Below, in pieces: positions 47,541-57,785 of a stretch of DNA of 64,000 nt (position 1 is its first letter; each line of letters opens with the position of its first letter). Source of the stretch: an uncultured Actinomycetes bacterium (GTDB lineage Bacteria > Actinomycetota > Thermoleophilia > Gaiellales > Gaiellaceae); contig CAWCCJ010000007.1 of the NCBI GenBank assembly GCA_963794045.1, positions 177,654 to 241,653 of the forward strand. The letters run 5' to 3'. Below the pieces are notes generated by a model. It saw only the letters and a list, made by a program, of their open reading frames with translations. It did no database searches and was not told the origin of the DNA. The position numbers and the translations under genes were made by a program.

Positions 47541-48367
47541 GTGGCGCTGCGCCGTCACCTGTTCACGTACGGCATCGCAATGCCCTTCGCGATCGTGCTC
47601 GCGTTCCCGTTCTTCTGGATGGCGGTCACGTCGTTCAAGCCCGAAGCCGAGGTCTACGACCCGACGAAGGCGTGGCGCTTCCACCCGACCCTCGCCAGCT
47701 ACCGGTTCCTCTTCCAGCACACCGATTACGTCCGCTGGATCGCGCAACTCGTGCTTCGTCGGGCTGCTCGTGGTCGCGATCACGCTCGTGGTCGCGCTGC
47801 CGGCCGGCTACGCGCTCGCGCGCCTTTCGGGCCGCGTCGGGCCGGAGCATGGGCGTCGCCATCTTCCTCACCTACCTCGTGCCGCCGACGCTGCTCTTCC
47901 TGCCGCTGTCGCGCGTCGTCGCCCAGTACCTGCACCTGAGCGATCGGCTCTGGGCGCTCGTGATCGTCTATCCGTCGTTCACGATCCCGTTTGCGATCTG
48001 GCTGCTGATGGGCTTCTTCAAGACGATTCCGCAGGAGCTCGAGGACGCCGCCCTGATCGACGGCTGCTCGCGGCTCGGCTCGCTCGTGCGCGTCGTGTTC
48101 CCCATCTCGGTTCCGGGGATCCTGACGGTCGTCATCTTCACGTTCTCCCTCGTGATCAACGAGTTCGTCTACGCGATCACGTTCATCTCCAGCGCCGCGA
48201 ACCGAACGCTCACGGTCGGCGTGCCGACCGACCTCATCCGCGGCGATCTCTTCAACTGGCCCGGGATCATGGCCGCGATCCTGATCCCGAGCATCCCACT
48301 GGCCCTGATCTACAACGCGTTCCTCAACCGGTTCATCGCCGGGTTCACAGGCGGGGCATTCCGCTAG
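47541..48367 (+). pseudogene. ABC sugar permease 2 (MalG/UgpE-like), frameshifted
   Basis: The N-terminus (47541 frame) and the C-terminus with the EAA loop (IPQELEDAALIDGCSRLGSLVRVVFP) are in one frame. The central part needs another frame between about 47750 and 47850. Confidence 0.65.
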
Positions 48368-48386
48368 AAGGAAGGAGGCAAGTCAC

Positions 48387-49758
48387 GTGTCAGTGGATGA
48401 CAGGAAGATCAGCAGACGCGACCTGCTGAAGAAGGGAGCAGCCGGAGCGGCCGCTCTCGGGGTGTCGGGCGCGGCCGCGCCGTTCTCCTTCGCCGGTCCG
48501 ATGAAGTTCAAGAACAAGCACCTGAAGGGCGATCTCTCGATCATCCAGTGGGTTCACTTCGTGCCGGCCTACGACGACTGGTTCGACAACACCTGGGTGA
48601 AGCAGTGGGGCGAGAAGAACGACGTCCAGGTCAACGGTCGAGCACATCAACAACACGCTGCTCGACACGCGCGCAGCCGCCGAGGTCGCTGCGCAGAGCG
48701 GGTCACGACCTCTTCATGAACCTCCACCCGATGGCCGCGTACGAGGACCAGGTGATCAACCACGCGAACATCGTCAAGGAGATCCAGAAGAAGGTCGGCC
48801 CGTACAGCCAGCTCGGGAAGCTGAGCACGTACAACCCGAAGACGAAGAAGTACTTCGCCGTCTCCGACAACTACGTGCCGGACCCCGTCGTCTGGCGGCA
48901 AGCGATCTCTGGAACGGTGTCGGCGAGGCTCCGTACACCTGGGATCACGTCCGCAAGGCGGCTCCGAAGCTGAAGGCCGCCGGCCATCCGATCGGGATCG
49001 GGCAGTCGCAGGAGCTCGACTCGAACATGGCGCTGCTCGCGTTCATGATGTGCTTCGGCGCGTTCGTGCAGGGCGCCAACAACCGCCCCACGCTGAACAC
49101 GAAGAAGACCGTCCAGGCCGTGAAGTTCATGGTCAACATGTACAAGAGCGGCGAGGACCCGGCGATCTTCGGCTGGAACCCCGCGTCGAACAACAACTAT
49201 CTGTACTCCGGTACGGCGTCGATGATCCTCAACGCGATCTCGGCGACGCGCACGCCGGAGGACCAGAACCTGCCGTTCTCGGATCAGCTGCAGATCTGGC
49301 CGATCCCGATCGGGCCACACGGCCGGTTCGGCCTCGAGCACGTCATGGGCTGCTACAGCATCTGGAAGTTCGCGCAGAACAAGGAGAACGCGTCGCAGTT
49401 CCTCATCGACCTCTGCGTGAACTACAAGCAGGCGACGCTCGCGTCGAAGCTCTACAACTTCCCGAGCTTCCCGGGTGCGTTCCCGTTCAGACAGATCCGC
49501 AAGGCCGCCGCGGCCGACGCCCACAAGCCTCGCGGCAAGTACACCATCCTGACGACGATCGCCGAAAAGTACACGCACAACATCGGCTACCCGGGCACCT
49601 ACAACGCTGCCATGGACGAGGTCTTCACGAAGTACCTCATCCCGCAGATGTTCGCCCAGGTGTCGCAGGGCAAGCTGAGCGCGGAGGACTCCGTCAGGCA
49701 GACGGCGTCGGCCGTGAACCAGATCTACGCGAAGTGGAAGGGCGCAGGCAAGATCTAG
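48387..49758 (+). pseudogene. ABC sugar-binding protein with Tat signal, frameshifted
   Basis: The Tat motif SRRDLLKKGAAGAAALG is present. The protein is split over ORFs 48387-48719, 48548-48973 and 49027-49758. Confidence 0.7.
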
Positions 49759-49761
49759 GCG

Positions 49762-50616
49762 CTAGACGACGACGACCGACTTGCCGCCGCGCTGGTTCTG
49801 CCACGCGGCGGCAACGGCGTTCAGCTCGAACGTCTGGTAGTCCAGCCTGATCCGCCCCGCGGCGAGGTGGTCGAGCAGCTCGAGGTAGGCGCGGTCGCGC
49901 TCTTCCTTCGAGAGCGCGAAGTTCGAGTGCCCCATGACGACGAGCTCCTTGCCGCGCACGTCGGTCGACCGGAGCGGCGCCTGGGGGCCGGCCGACTGGC
50001 CGAGGTGGACGACCCGCGCGTGCGGCTGCGCGTACTGCAGCGCGTCGGCGAGCGGCGCGCCCCAGACCGGGTCGATGCAGACCGTGAAGCCCTCGTCGCC
50101 GAACTCCGCGGGGATCCGGTCGAGGTCCTTGCTGCCGACGGCGACGACCGTCGCGGCGCCGAGCAGCTCGGCCGCCTGGGCGGCGAGCCTGCCGACGCTG
50201 CCGGTGCCTCCGAGGACGAGCACCCTGTCGCCCGGGCCGACCTTCGCCTTCCACGCCACCGGCACCCACGCGGCGATGCCGGCGATCCCGGCGGCGACGG
50301 CGAGCGCAGGGTCGGCGCCGTCGGGGAGGCGGAGCGCCAGCTCGGCGGGCACGTCGACGCGCTCGGCCATGAATCCGTCGCGGCCGATCCCGCGACCCTC
50401 GCCGAAGAGGTAGACGAGCGCGCCGTCGCCGTCGCGCGCGACGGCCTCGCAGCCCGGCACGTACGGGAGCGGCGGGTGCCCGCCGTAGAACGTGCCGTTG
50501 GCGACGGCCAGGTCGAGTGGGTTGAGCGCGACGGCCACGATCGGCAGCCCTGCCACGTCCTCGATCTCGACGGGCGCCGGCGGCGACTTCAGCTCGGTGA
50601 CATGCGCTGCTCGCAC
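49762..50616 (-). CDS. quinone oxidoreductase-type MDR (zinc-binding dehydrogenase family)
   Basis: An intact 284-aa ORF with a GGTGSVGRLAAQAA Rossmann motif. Confidence 0.8.
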   Translation of the reverse strand: MRAAHVTELKSPPAPVEIEDVAGLPIVAVALNPLDLAVANGTFYGGHPPLPYVPGCEAVARDGDGALVYLFGEGRGIGRDGFMAERVDVPAELALRLPDGADPALAVAAGIAGIAAWVPVAWKAKVGPGDRVLVLGGTGSVGRLAAQAAELLGAATVVAVGSKDLDRIPAEFGDEGFTVCIDPVWGAPLADALQYAQPHARVVHLGQSAGPQAPLRSTDVRGKELVVMGHSNFALSKEERDRAYLELLDHLAAGRIRLDYQTFELNAVAAAWQNQRGGKSVVVV

Positions 50617-51098
50617 GCTGCGACGATAAACGCGCCAGCGTCTGGGGCAGCACTAGGGTTGCGCGGTGCCCCCCGAGGCCTGGACACCTGCCAACCGATC
50701 CTCGCCGATTTCCGGTCGACGCCCGGCACCCAAGAGAACCGGACGCCCTGAAGAGCCTTCTTATGGGCTAGGCGGACAAGCGTACGGCTAGGCAAAACGC
50801 TCGGTTTGGGTTCCCCTCGCGCGCGCGAGGACGCGGGGTTACGCGACCACGTGGATGAAAGCCACCGAGCGCGATCGTGGCGTTAGAGAGCCTCTGAGCG
50901 CTTCGCGGAGCGATCTCTTGTGACCAACCGAATCTGTTAAGAGCGCCTCGGCGACCGCTTTCGTTCCGTCGTTGCCTGCAGCTGCGCTCGGTCTCCGCTC
51001 AAGTCCGCCAATGACCGCTTGGTGAGCTGCATCACTGGCGCGCAACTCGTGATTGGACGCATCGCGCGGGTGGGTGCCGTTCCGCTTGCAGCCGGTAT

Positions 51099-51587
51099 CT
51101 AGAACGGAATGTAGTTCGGGTTGTCTGGGTCGTACGTTGAAAGCCGCTTGCGGATACGCCCGTAGTCGAGAGCGGATCGCTCCACGCCAAAGTTGCCGAC
51201 GAGTTTCTTGAAGTCATCCGGCTCGGCGTTGTTGATTTCGTAGTTGCTGAACCTGTGTATCTCCCATCCCTGGCGACGCAGTGAGCGTTCGATACGCAGA
51301 TTCCGCGTGTACCGCTCCTCGCTGACGTTGTAGCGGCGTTTCACTTCATCAAACGTCGCCTAGTGGCTCGGGCCATCGATTTCGATGACGCACTTACGGC
51401 GGCTTGCGAACAGGACGAAATCCACTCGCTGTTCAAGCGGGGCGCGCCGGTAATGAGGCGGCTCACCGCTTCCAAGCATCCGCGCGACCGTCCGACGATT
51501 GATCCCGAGCCGGTCAGCGATCTCTCGCTGCGAGAGCCCATCCGCCGCCAACGCCCGCGCCCACTCCAACGCGCTCCGCACCTCCAC
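51099..51587 (-). pseudogene. HTH plus DUF559/Vsr-like endonuclease domain interrupted by an in-frame TAG
   Basis: The reading ...VDFVLFASRRKCVIEIDGPSH-TAG-ATFDEVKRRY...RSLRRQGWEIHRF stays in a single frame. The N-terminus GLSQREIADRLGINRRTVARML is transposase/resolvase-like. Confidence 0.6.
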
Positions 51588-51640
51588 ACCTCTCGCTCGA
51601 CATCGCCGACCAGTCGAGCCTCAAAGACGAGGCAGACAGC

Positions 51641-52381
51641 TCAGCGACGCCGCACGTGGTGCACCTTTCGACTGCCGATCCTGGCGCAGTATTGGGCTGC
51701 CGACATCAACAACGCCAGTTCGTCACCGACAGCTCGCGCAGCAGTTCGCGACCGAGGCGCATCAGAGCAGTCGTGAGCGGGACGACCGCACCCTCGCCCA
51801 GGGTCGGCAAGCTGCTTGCGAACGATCACGCGGCCGCACGTCCGCGTCTCGGACAGGGCTGGCCCGCGCAGAGGTGACGCGCTCACGGTCGCCAACCAAT
51901 GGCCGATGGTCGGAGCGATCCTCTTGTGTACGCGAGCCGCATGCGCACGCCAGGACGCCCTTTGGCGGGTGGCCGCTACCGATCCCCTCGGCCGCGTGCG
52001 CCTGATCGACCGGCGCGCGAGGTAGAGCATCTCTGGCGCCAAGTCAGTCGCAACTAATGATCGAACATGACGCGACACCCGTCTGGTCACTAGACCCGTT
52101 CCTGCTCCAAGCTCGAGAACATCATCCTTCTGACGCGGCCGCGCTGCTGCAACCAGCGCGTCGGCGATTGGCGTGTACCCCGGCGCGATCAGCTCAGCGT
52201 AGGCTGCGGCGCGTCGTATCCCATTCCCACTCGGGCCTGCCCACAGCACCGCGCTCACCAATCGAGAATCCTGCGCCGCCAACGAGGTAACCCCGACGAC
52301 CGAACCACAGGTCAGACAGCGCCGAAACAACCTGTATCGGTGCATGCGGTCCGCGCCACTCGGTAGGGTCGCCGCAACCAA
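51641..52381 (-). pseudogene. class I SAM methyltransferase fragment
   Basis: Only the N-terminal part is protein-like (DDVLELGAGTGLVTRRVS..LVATDLAPEML). The rest of the ORF is low-complexity Arg/Ala. Confidence 0.35.
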
Positions 52382-52916
52382 ATGGCAGCCACCGGACGCA
52401 GGCGGGCTGCGAATATCCGCCCAGCCGAGTCCCGTCTAACGATCTTCGAGAAAGAAGACGTCGGCGCGGCTCGGTTTCACTGCCTCGGCTCGGGGCGCCT
52501 GAAACGCGAATACGTCCGCCAGCAGTTCGAGCGTCGCCTCGTCGTGCGTTGCACGCTCGGCGTCCCGCTGGGCCTGCGCCAACTGCCACCGGCGGAGCAA
52601 GCGGTCGTCAACGTTGCTCATCCCGGCGATTATCGGCTCGTTTTCCCAGCTTCTGAAGGGCGTCTTGGCTTGCTGCTGGGAACAAGGAGGCACGGTAGAG
52701 AAACCGACTTGACGGAGGCGCTAGCTTCCGCCGCGGCTCGAATCCGGATTAGGTTCGACCAGGCCGATGCACCTCGGTCTTGCCCCGGCTGTCTGAAACC
52801 CAGGGCGCAAAGAAACGATCCACCCCGACCGGGAGCTGATGCGGAATCGACTGCCCAACAGGCAACCGCACGGTGTCCCGATGGTTCTTTTCTGCTCCGA
52901 AGGGAATCGTCGGCTC

Positions 52917-53186
52917 ATGTTTGCGCGGATCGAATCGTTTCGGGCGGGGCCGGACGATATGGACGAGCTCCTATCGGCGCAGCATCGGGCTGTCGGTGTC
53001 GTTCGCACCCTGCCCGGAAACATGGGCGGCTATGTCCTTGTGAATCGTGACGTCGGTCGATTGCTGAGCGTCACGTTCTGGCGGTCAATCGACGAACGAC
53101 AGGCTGCCGAAGACGAATTCGCTGCCGCGCCGGTCGCAGGCGAGGTGGACGAATACGACATCGCCATGCAGGAATCGCTCGGCTAA
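52917..53186 (+). CDS. small ABM (antibiotic biosynthesis monooxygenase)-like protein
   Basis: MFARIESFRAGPDDMDELL...GGYVLVNRDVGRLLSVTFWRSIDERQAAE has a ferredoxin-like ABM pattern. The call is weak. Confidence 0.4.
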   Translation: MFARIESFRAGPDDMDELLSAQHRAVGVVRTLPGNMGGYVLVNRDVGRLLSVTFWRSIDERQAAEDEFAAAPVAGEVDEYDIAMQESLG

Positions 53187-53736
53187 GGCTAGACCAAGGC
53201 GCGGTCGGCCGCAGCAAAAGCATCGCTGTTAGAGCGCGTAGTCATCACGGAGTTGCGTCTCGTCCGCGTTTGGCGCGGGGATCATCCTCCTCGGCAAGTT
53301 CGCCTGATTCGTCGATCTTCTCGACAACCCAATAGCGCGAGCTGCTCATATCGACGACGCTTTCGATCTCGTCGGTGAGGACCTCGGCGTACGCGAACGA
53401 ACGCGGCCAGCATCGCCTCACCTCCAGGACGCTACGTCGCATCCTGTGAGCAAGACAGGAGGGTGTCCATCATCCATCGCACCACGATCGCTTTCACCCT
53501 CCCGCAAGCGGGCGTCGACAGATAGGGAACGCACACTGCACGACGGAGCTGCGTCGCGCCCTTGCTGCGATGGAGGCCCGCTTCCAAGCACGGGCCAAGC
53601 ACCCCCGCTCCGAAACAGATCTTCCCACCCCGCTCCGCGGCGCTTCGTTTTTCCTCAAGCGACGTCGCTTGAGCAAACTGTCGCGCGAAATGTCGCGCAG
53701 CAGCCGGGAACGGCTCAACCACGCCGTTCCGGCCTT

Positions 53737-53797
53737 GTCTCGAAAACCGTTATCCGTCATTAGGCGGATCGAGGGTTCAAATCCCTCCCCCTCCGCT
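53737..53797 (+). repeat. attR-like copy of the 61-nt direct repeat (orphan 3' part of tRNA-Ser CGA)
   Basis: Runs from the anticodon loop to the acceptor end, with no matching 5' half upstream. A strong terminator follows immediately. Confidence 0.8.
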
Positions 53798-53806
53798 CAA
53801 TGAGCG

Positions 53807-53840
53807 AAAACCCGTGCAGGCGCACGGGTTTTCTTGTTTT
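53807..53840 (+). terminator. rho-independent terminator after the orphan tRNA-Ser 3' fragment
   Basis: AAAACCCGTGC-AGGC-GCACGGG hairpin followed by TTTTCTTGTTTT. Confidence 0.7.
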
Positions 53841-53849
53841 AGACGGCTG

Positions 53850-54845
53850 CCGCGTCTTCCGCCCAAGGCGCACTGCAGGACGTTTTTCTGCTCTCGGCGT
53901 GCAGGCGGAGCCGGTCATCTTCGGCGACTTCGGGCTGGAGACGGTGCGTGAGCAGCTCCTCGCCTTGCATGGCGTCTCGTCTGGGTGAACCCGATCGAGC
54001 AGGGGCTGGATCGCTGGAAGCTCGACCCACTGCTGCGCGAGGTGGCGTGCGCGGGCGTCTGGGTCGAGCGCGCACCCGGACCTGATCATGCGCATGGCAA
54101 CCAAGCGCGTCCTCTACGACACGCGCGAGATGAGCTGGGGCACGGACACCCGTCTCTATCTCTCCGTCGACGAGTTGCGAGACGGCCTCGCGTCGCGTCT
54201 CGACGACTCCGCCGCGCGCGTGCTCAAACCGCAGCGCGGGATGGGCGGGCAGGGGTCTGGAAGGTCGAACTCTCCGAAGCAGGCGACGACCAACTTCTGC
54301 GGGTTCAGCACGCGACGCGTGAGGCACCGATCGAGACGATCCACCTCGGCGAGTTCGCCGATCGTGCGCTTCTTACTCGAGGACGGCGGTCTGATGGTCG
54401 AGCAGCCCTTCCAGGAGCGGATCGCCGAGGGAATGATCCGCGTCTACCTCACCCACGACGAAGTCGTCGGTTTCGCGCATCAGTATCCCGCCGGGCTCCG
54501 TCCCGCATCCGCCGGAGAACCGCCGCCCGGGAAGCGGTTCGAGGTCGCGAGTGCCGAGCAGTTCCGGTCGCTGCGCGAGCGGGTCGAGTCTGAATGGGTG
54601 CCGGAGCTGCAGCGCGGCTCGACCTCGACGGGGAGTCCTTGCCGGTCGTCTGGGACATCGACTTCCTCTATGGGCCGAAAACCGACGGCGACGCGGAGAG
54701 CTACGTCCTCTGCGAGATCAACGCCAGCTCCACGTTCGCCTTCCCCGAACACGCGATGCCCGGCGTCGCCGCAGCCGCTCTCAACGGATCGGAGCGAAGG
54801 CCTATCTCAGCGATGCTCGATGCGGGCGCCGAGCCGGGAACGTGA
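53850..54845 (+). pseudogene. Cj0069-family (ATP-grasp-like) protein, multiple frameshifts
   Basis: Conserved blocks (VNPIEQGLDRWKLDPLLREV; RMATKRVLYDTREMSWGTDT; GVWKVELS; GMIRVYLTHDEVVGFAHQ; LPVVWDIDFLYGPK..YVLCEINASS) lie in three alternating frames. Confidence 0.55.
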
Positions 54846-54924
54846 TGGCCGAAGCGGAGACCTCGAGAGGTCGGATGCCGCTCGCCGAGGCTGAGGACCG
54901 CCTCCGGCGGGACCCGCTCGCTCG

Positions 54925-55410
54925 TCAGCTCGACACCGCCTGCGCGTGCGATCGCATCGTGCAGCGGCCGGAGCCACGTGTGCTCGAGGAGGACGACGGC
55001 GGCAGAGGTGTCGTTCCAAGTGCCTGCGTGATCCGGAAGAGGTCGTCGTCGTCGAAGATGTGACCGTCTGCCATCTCCGCGGCACCGGCGATCGCGCCGC
55101 GGTCGAACCCGTCCGGCCCCTCTGACAGGAAGCCCGCGAGGCCGCCGAAGTACGAGCCGAGTGACGTCGCCTGCTCCCAGTCGAGATCGCTCCCGGTCGT
55201 CACCATCACGTTTCCCGTCGCGTCCTTGCGCACGAGCATCAGATCGAGGACGCGGACGATTCCCTTCCGCTGAGGTCCTCGAGCTCGGGCAGGATCTCGC
55301 CTCTGAACTCGATTGCCCGGGAAGGCGAGCGCGAGCATCTGGATCGGGCAGAGATCCTCGGCCGGTTCGTCCACGCTGGATAGCGAACAGCCTCCGAGGC
55401 CGCCGACCAT
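54925..55410 (-). pseudogene. DUF6325/DUF1269-like protein, three or more frameshifts
   Basis: AFPGN, then EFRGEILPELEDL (other frame), then GIVRVLDLMLVRKDATGNV. The C-terminal SAAVVLLEHTWLRPLHDAIARAGG is again in another frame. Confidence 0.55.
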
Positions 55411-55434
55411 CGCCCGATCGGGATGAATTCTCCG

Positions 55435-55730
55435 TTAGTCGTGGATGCGCGCGAGCAGCTCGTGCCGCCGCACGACCTTCGTCCGCGTGCCCGCGAGCCG
55501 GACGTCGTAGCCCGCCTCCTTGAGGAACAGGACCTTGTCGCCCGGCGCGACGCCTTCGGCGTCGGGCCGACCGCGGTCACGATCCCGCTCTGGCATTGCG
55601 TCTCCGCGCTCGCCGGCAGGATCAGGCCCGCGCGCGTCTCCGCCTCCTCATCCGACGGCTCGACGACGATGAAGTCGTCGAGCGGCTCGAGCGTGAACGG
55701 ATCGGACGCGGATCCTCCGCACGCTTTCAC
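55435..55730 (-). pseudogene. GroES-like co-chaperonin, single-nt frameshift
   Basis: LEPLDDFIVVEPSDEEAETRAGLILP..GIVTAVGP continues as DAEGVAPGDKVLFLKEAGYDV..ELLARIHD in the next frame. The length of 296 nt is not a multiple of 3. Confidence 0.6.
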
Positions 55731-55742
55731 GATACTCCGGTC

Positions 55743-56816
55743 ATGCCGTCGCCGTTCGTCGAGCTCGAGGTGGGGGATCGGGTCGTGAAAGTCACGAATC
55801 CGGACAAGGTCTATTTCCCGGCGCGCGGCGAGACGAAGCGGGATCTCGTCGAGTACTTCATCGCCGTCGGCGACGGCATCGTGCGGGCTTTGCACGAGCG
55901 TCCGTGTCAACTGAAGCGCCAGCCGGAAGGCGTCGGCGGCGAGGTGATCTGGCAGAAGCGCGTGCCGCAGAAGCGGCCCGACTGGATCGAGACTGCACGG
56001 GTGACGTTCCCCTCGGGGCGGCATGCGGACGAGCTGTGCGTGACCGAAGTCGCGCACGTCGTCTGGGCCGCAAATCTCGCGACGCTCGAGTTCGGCGCGT
56101 GGCCGTCGCGCCGTCGCGATCCGGAGAAGCCCGACGAGCTGCGCATCGACATCGACCCGCAGCCCGGCACCGGATTCTCCGAGGCGAAGCGCGTCGCAGC
56201 CATCGTCCACGAGGTGCTGGACGAGATCGGCTTCGTCGGCTGGCCGAAGACGAGCGGCAACCGTGGGATCCACGTGTACTGCCGCATCGAGCCGAACTGG
56301 GAATTCCGCGTCGTGCGCCGAGCAGCCCTCGCCTTTGCGCGTGAGATCGAGCGCCGCGATCGGACGCTCGTCACGACCGCGTGGTGGAAGGAGGAGCGAG
56401 GGGAGCGCGTCTTCGTCGACTACAACCAGAATGCGCGCGACCGGACGATCCTCTCCGCGTACTCGGTGCGCGGCCGGCCGGATGCAACGGTCTCGGCGCC
56501 GATCACGTGGGACGAGCTTCCCGAGGTCGAGACCGAGGACTTCACCATCGCCTCGATGCCCCCGCGCTTTGCGAGCCTCGGCGACCTGCACCGAGGGATC
56601 GACGAGGCCGTCTGCGACCTTCGCGTGCTGCTCGAGTGGGTCGAGCGCGAGGAATCCGAAGGTGTCGGCGAGGCGCCGTACCCGCCGAACTTCCCGAAGA
56701 TGCCGGGCGAGCCGCCGCGCGTGCAGCCCTCGCGCGCTAAGAAGAAATGGAGCAGTTGCTCGACCGAGAGGTCGTCGGGCCGACGCGGCGGCCGCACTTC
56801 GCGCCACGTGCACTGA
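55743..56816 (+). CDS. LigD-type primase-polymerase (NHEJ polymerase domain)
   Basis: VTNPDKVYFP, KTSGNRGIHVYCRI and VFVDYNQNARDRTILSAYSVR motifs. The last 25 or so codons overlap the convergent ligase ORF. Confidence 0.8.
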   Translation: MPSPFVELEVGDRVVKVTNPDKVYFPARGETKRDLVEYFIAVGDGIVRALHERPCQLKRQPEGVGGEVIWQKRVPQKRPDWIETARVTFPSGRHADELCVTEVAHVVWAANLATLEFGAWPSRRRDPEKPDELRIDIDPQPGTGFSEAKRVAAIVHEVLDEIGFVGWPKTSGNRGIHVYCRIEPNWEFRVVRRAALAFAREIERRDRTLVTTAWWKEERGERVFVDYNQNARDRTILSAYSVRGRPDATVSAPITWDELPEVETEDFTIASMPPRFASLGDLHRGIDEAVCDLRVLLEWVEREESEGVGEAPYPPNFPKMPGEPPRVQPSRAKKKWSSCSTERSSGRRGGRTSRHVH

Positions 56817-57759
56817 TCCGGCTCCTTGTCCGGGCGGAAGCGGACGAGCTTCGTCCCGTGCCGGAAGCGAAACTTCTCGAGCTTGTCGAAGCGCACTTCG
56901 ACGACGAGCTTCGGCTCGAGCGCCTGCTCCTCGAGCTCGCCCGTGCCCCAGCGATTCGGCTCGGAGAACCGCCGGTCGTTCTTCGTGTCGACAAGCGGAA
57001 GAACGAGCCCGGCGATCTCGTCGTGGCGCTTCGCACCGACCGCCGCGGAGCCGACGTAGTCGAGATGGCCGTCGTCGTTGTACAGCCCGAGGAGAAGCGT
57101 CGCGATCGTCCGTTTGGGGCCTTTCTTGAACCGCACGCCGGCGACGACGCAATCGGCCGTCTTGTACGGCTTGATCTTCACGACGCCGTCACGTGAGCCC
57201 GGCAGATACGGCAGGCCGAGCCGCTTTGCGATAACACCGTCGAAGCCTGCGGCCTGCAGCGTCTGCAGCCAGTCGCGCGCCTGGGCCGGGTCGTCGCTGA
57301 CCGGAGAGAGGTTGAATCCCTTCGCGACCTTCTCCAGCTCCTGGCGGCGCTTCTCGATCGGCTGCTCGTGGGTCGGCTTGCCCTTCCAGAGCAGGAGGTC
57401 GAAGGCGACGAACGTCGCCGGGATCTCGGCCGAGAGCTTGCGCACCCGGCTCTCTGCCGGATGGAGCCGCATCTGCATCGCGTCGAAGTCGAGCTTGCCC
57501 TCGCGGGAGATCACGATCTCGCCGTCGAGGGCCGAGTGGGGCGGCAGGAGCTCTCCGACCTCGCGAAGCTCCGGGAAATAGCGCAGCAGGGGCCGGCCGT
57601 TCCGCGACCAGAGCGCGAGCTCGCCGCCGTCGTTCTCGAGAATCCCCGGAACCCGTCCCATTTCGGCTCGTAGCGCCAGCCGCCCTGCTCCGGCACCTCC
57701 GAGACGAGCTCGGCCTCCATCGGCGGGAAGGGGACGTTCGATCCTGGCGAGTCGGGCAT
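56420..57759 (-). pseudogene. ATP-dependent DNA ligase (LigC/LigD ligase domain), frameshift after motif I
   Basis: Motif I (EPKWDGFRG) is in ORF 57511-57759. The rest (ILENDGGELALWSRNGRP...) is in ORF 56420-57661. The junction is a G4 run. The 3' 320 nt is probably non-native read-through. Confidence 0.7.
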
Positions 57760-57785
57760 GGCCGTGCGAGCCTATCCACCATGAA

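Larger units (their letters stand above)
44271..53736. mobile_element. degenerate tRNA-Ser-integrated genomic island (no integrase detected)
   Basis: Bracketed by the 61-nt tRNA-3' direct repeat. The original tRNA terminator sits after the distal copy. The right third has lower GC and carries gene fragments (HTH/DUF559, methyltransferase stub). Confidence 0.55.

Noticed and set aside
44271-53736. Integrase, excisionase or transposase gene inside the tRNA-Ser island
   Set aside because: No ORF in any frame shows tyrosine or serine recombinase motifs. Only a short transposase-like HTH fused to the DUF559 fragment was seen, so the island is called degenerate rather than active.
55239-57152. 637-aa minus-strand ORF
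   Set aside because: Most of it is antisense to the LigD polymerase gene. Only its 3' end (the GroES-like segment and part of the DUF6325-like gene) is meaningful, and that is reported separately.
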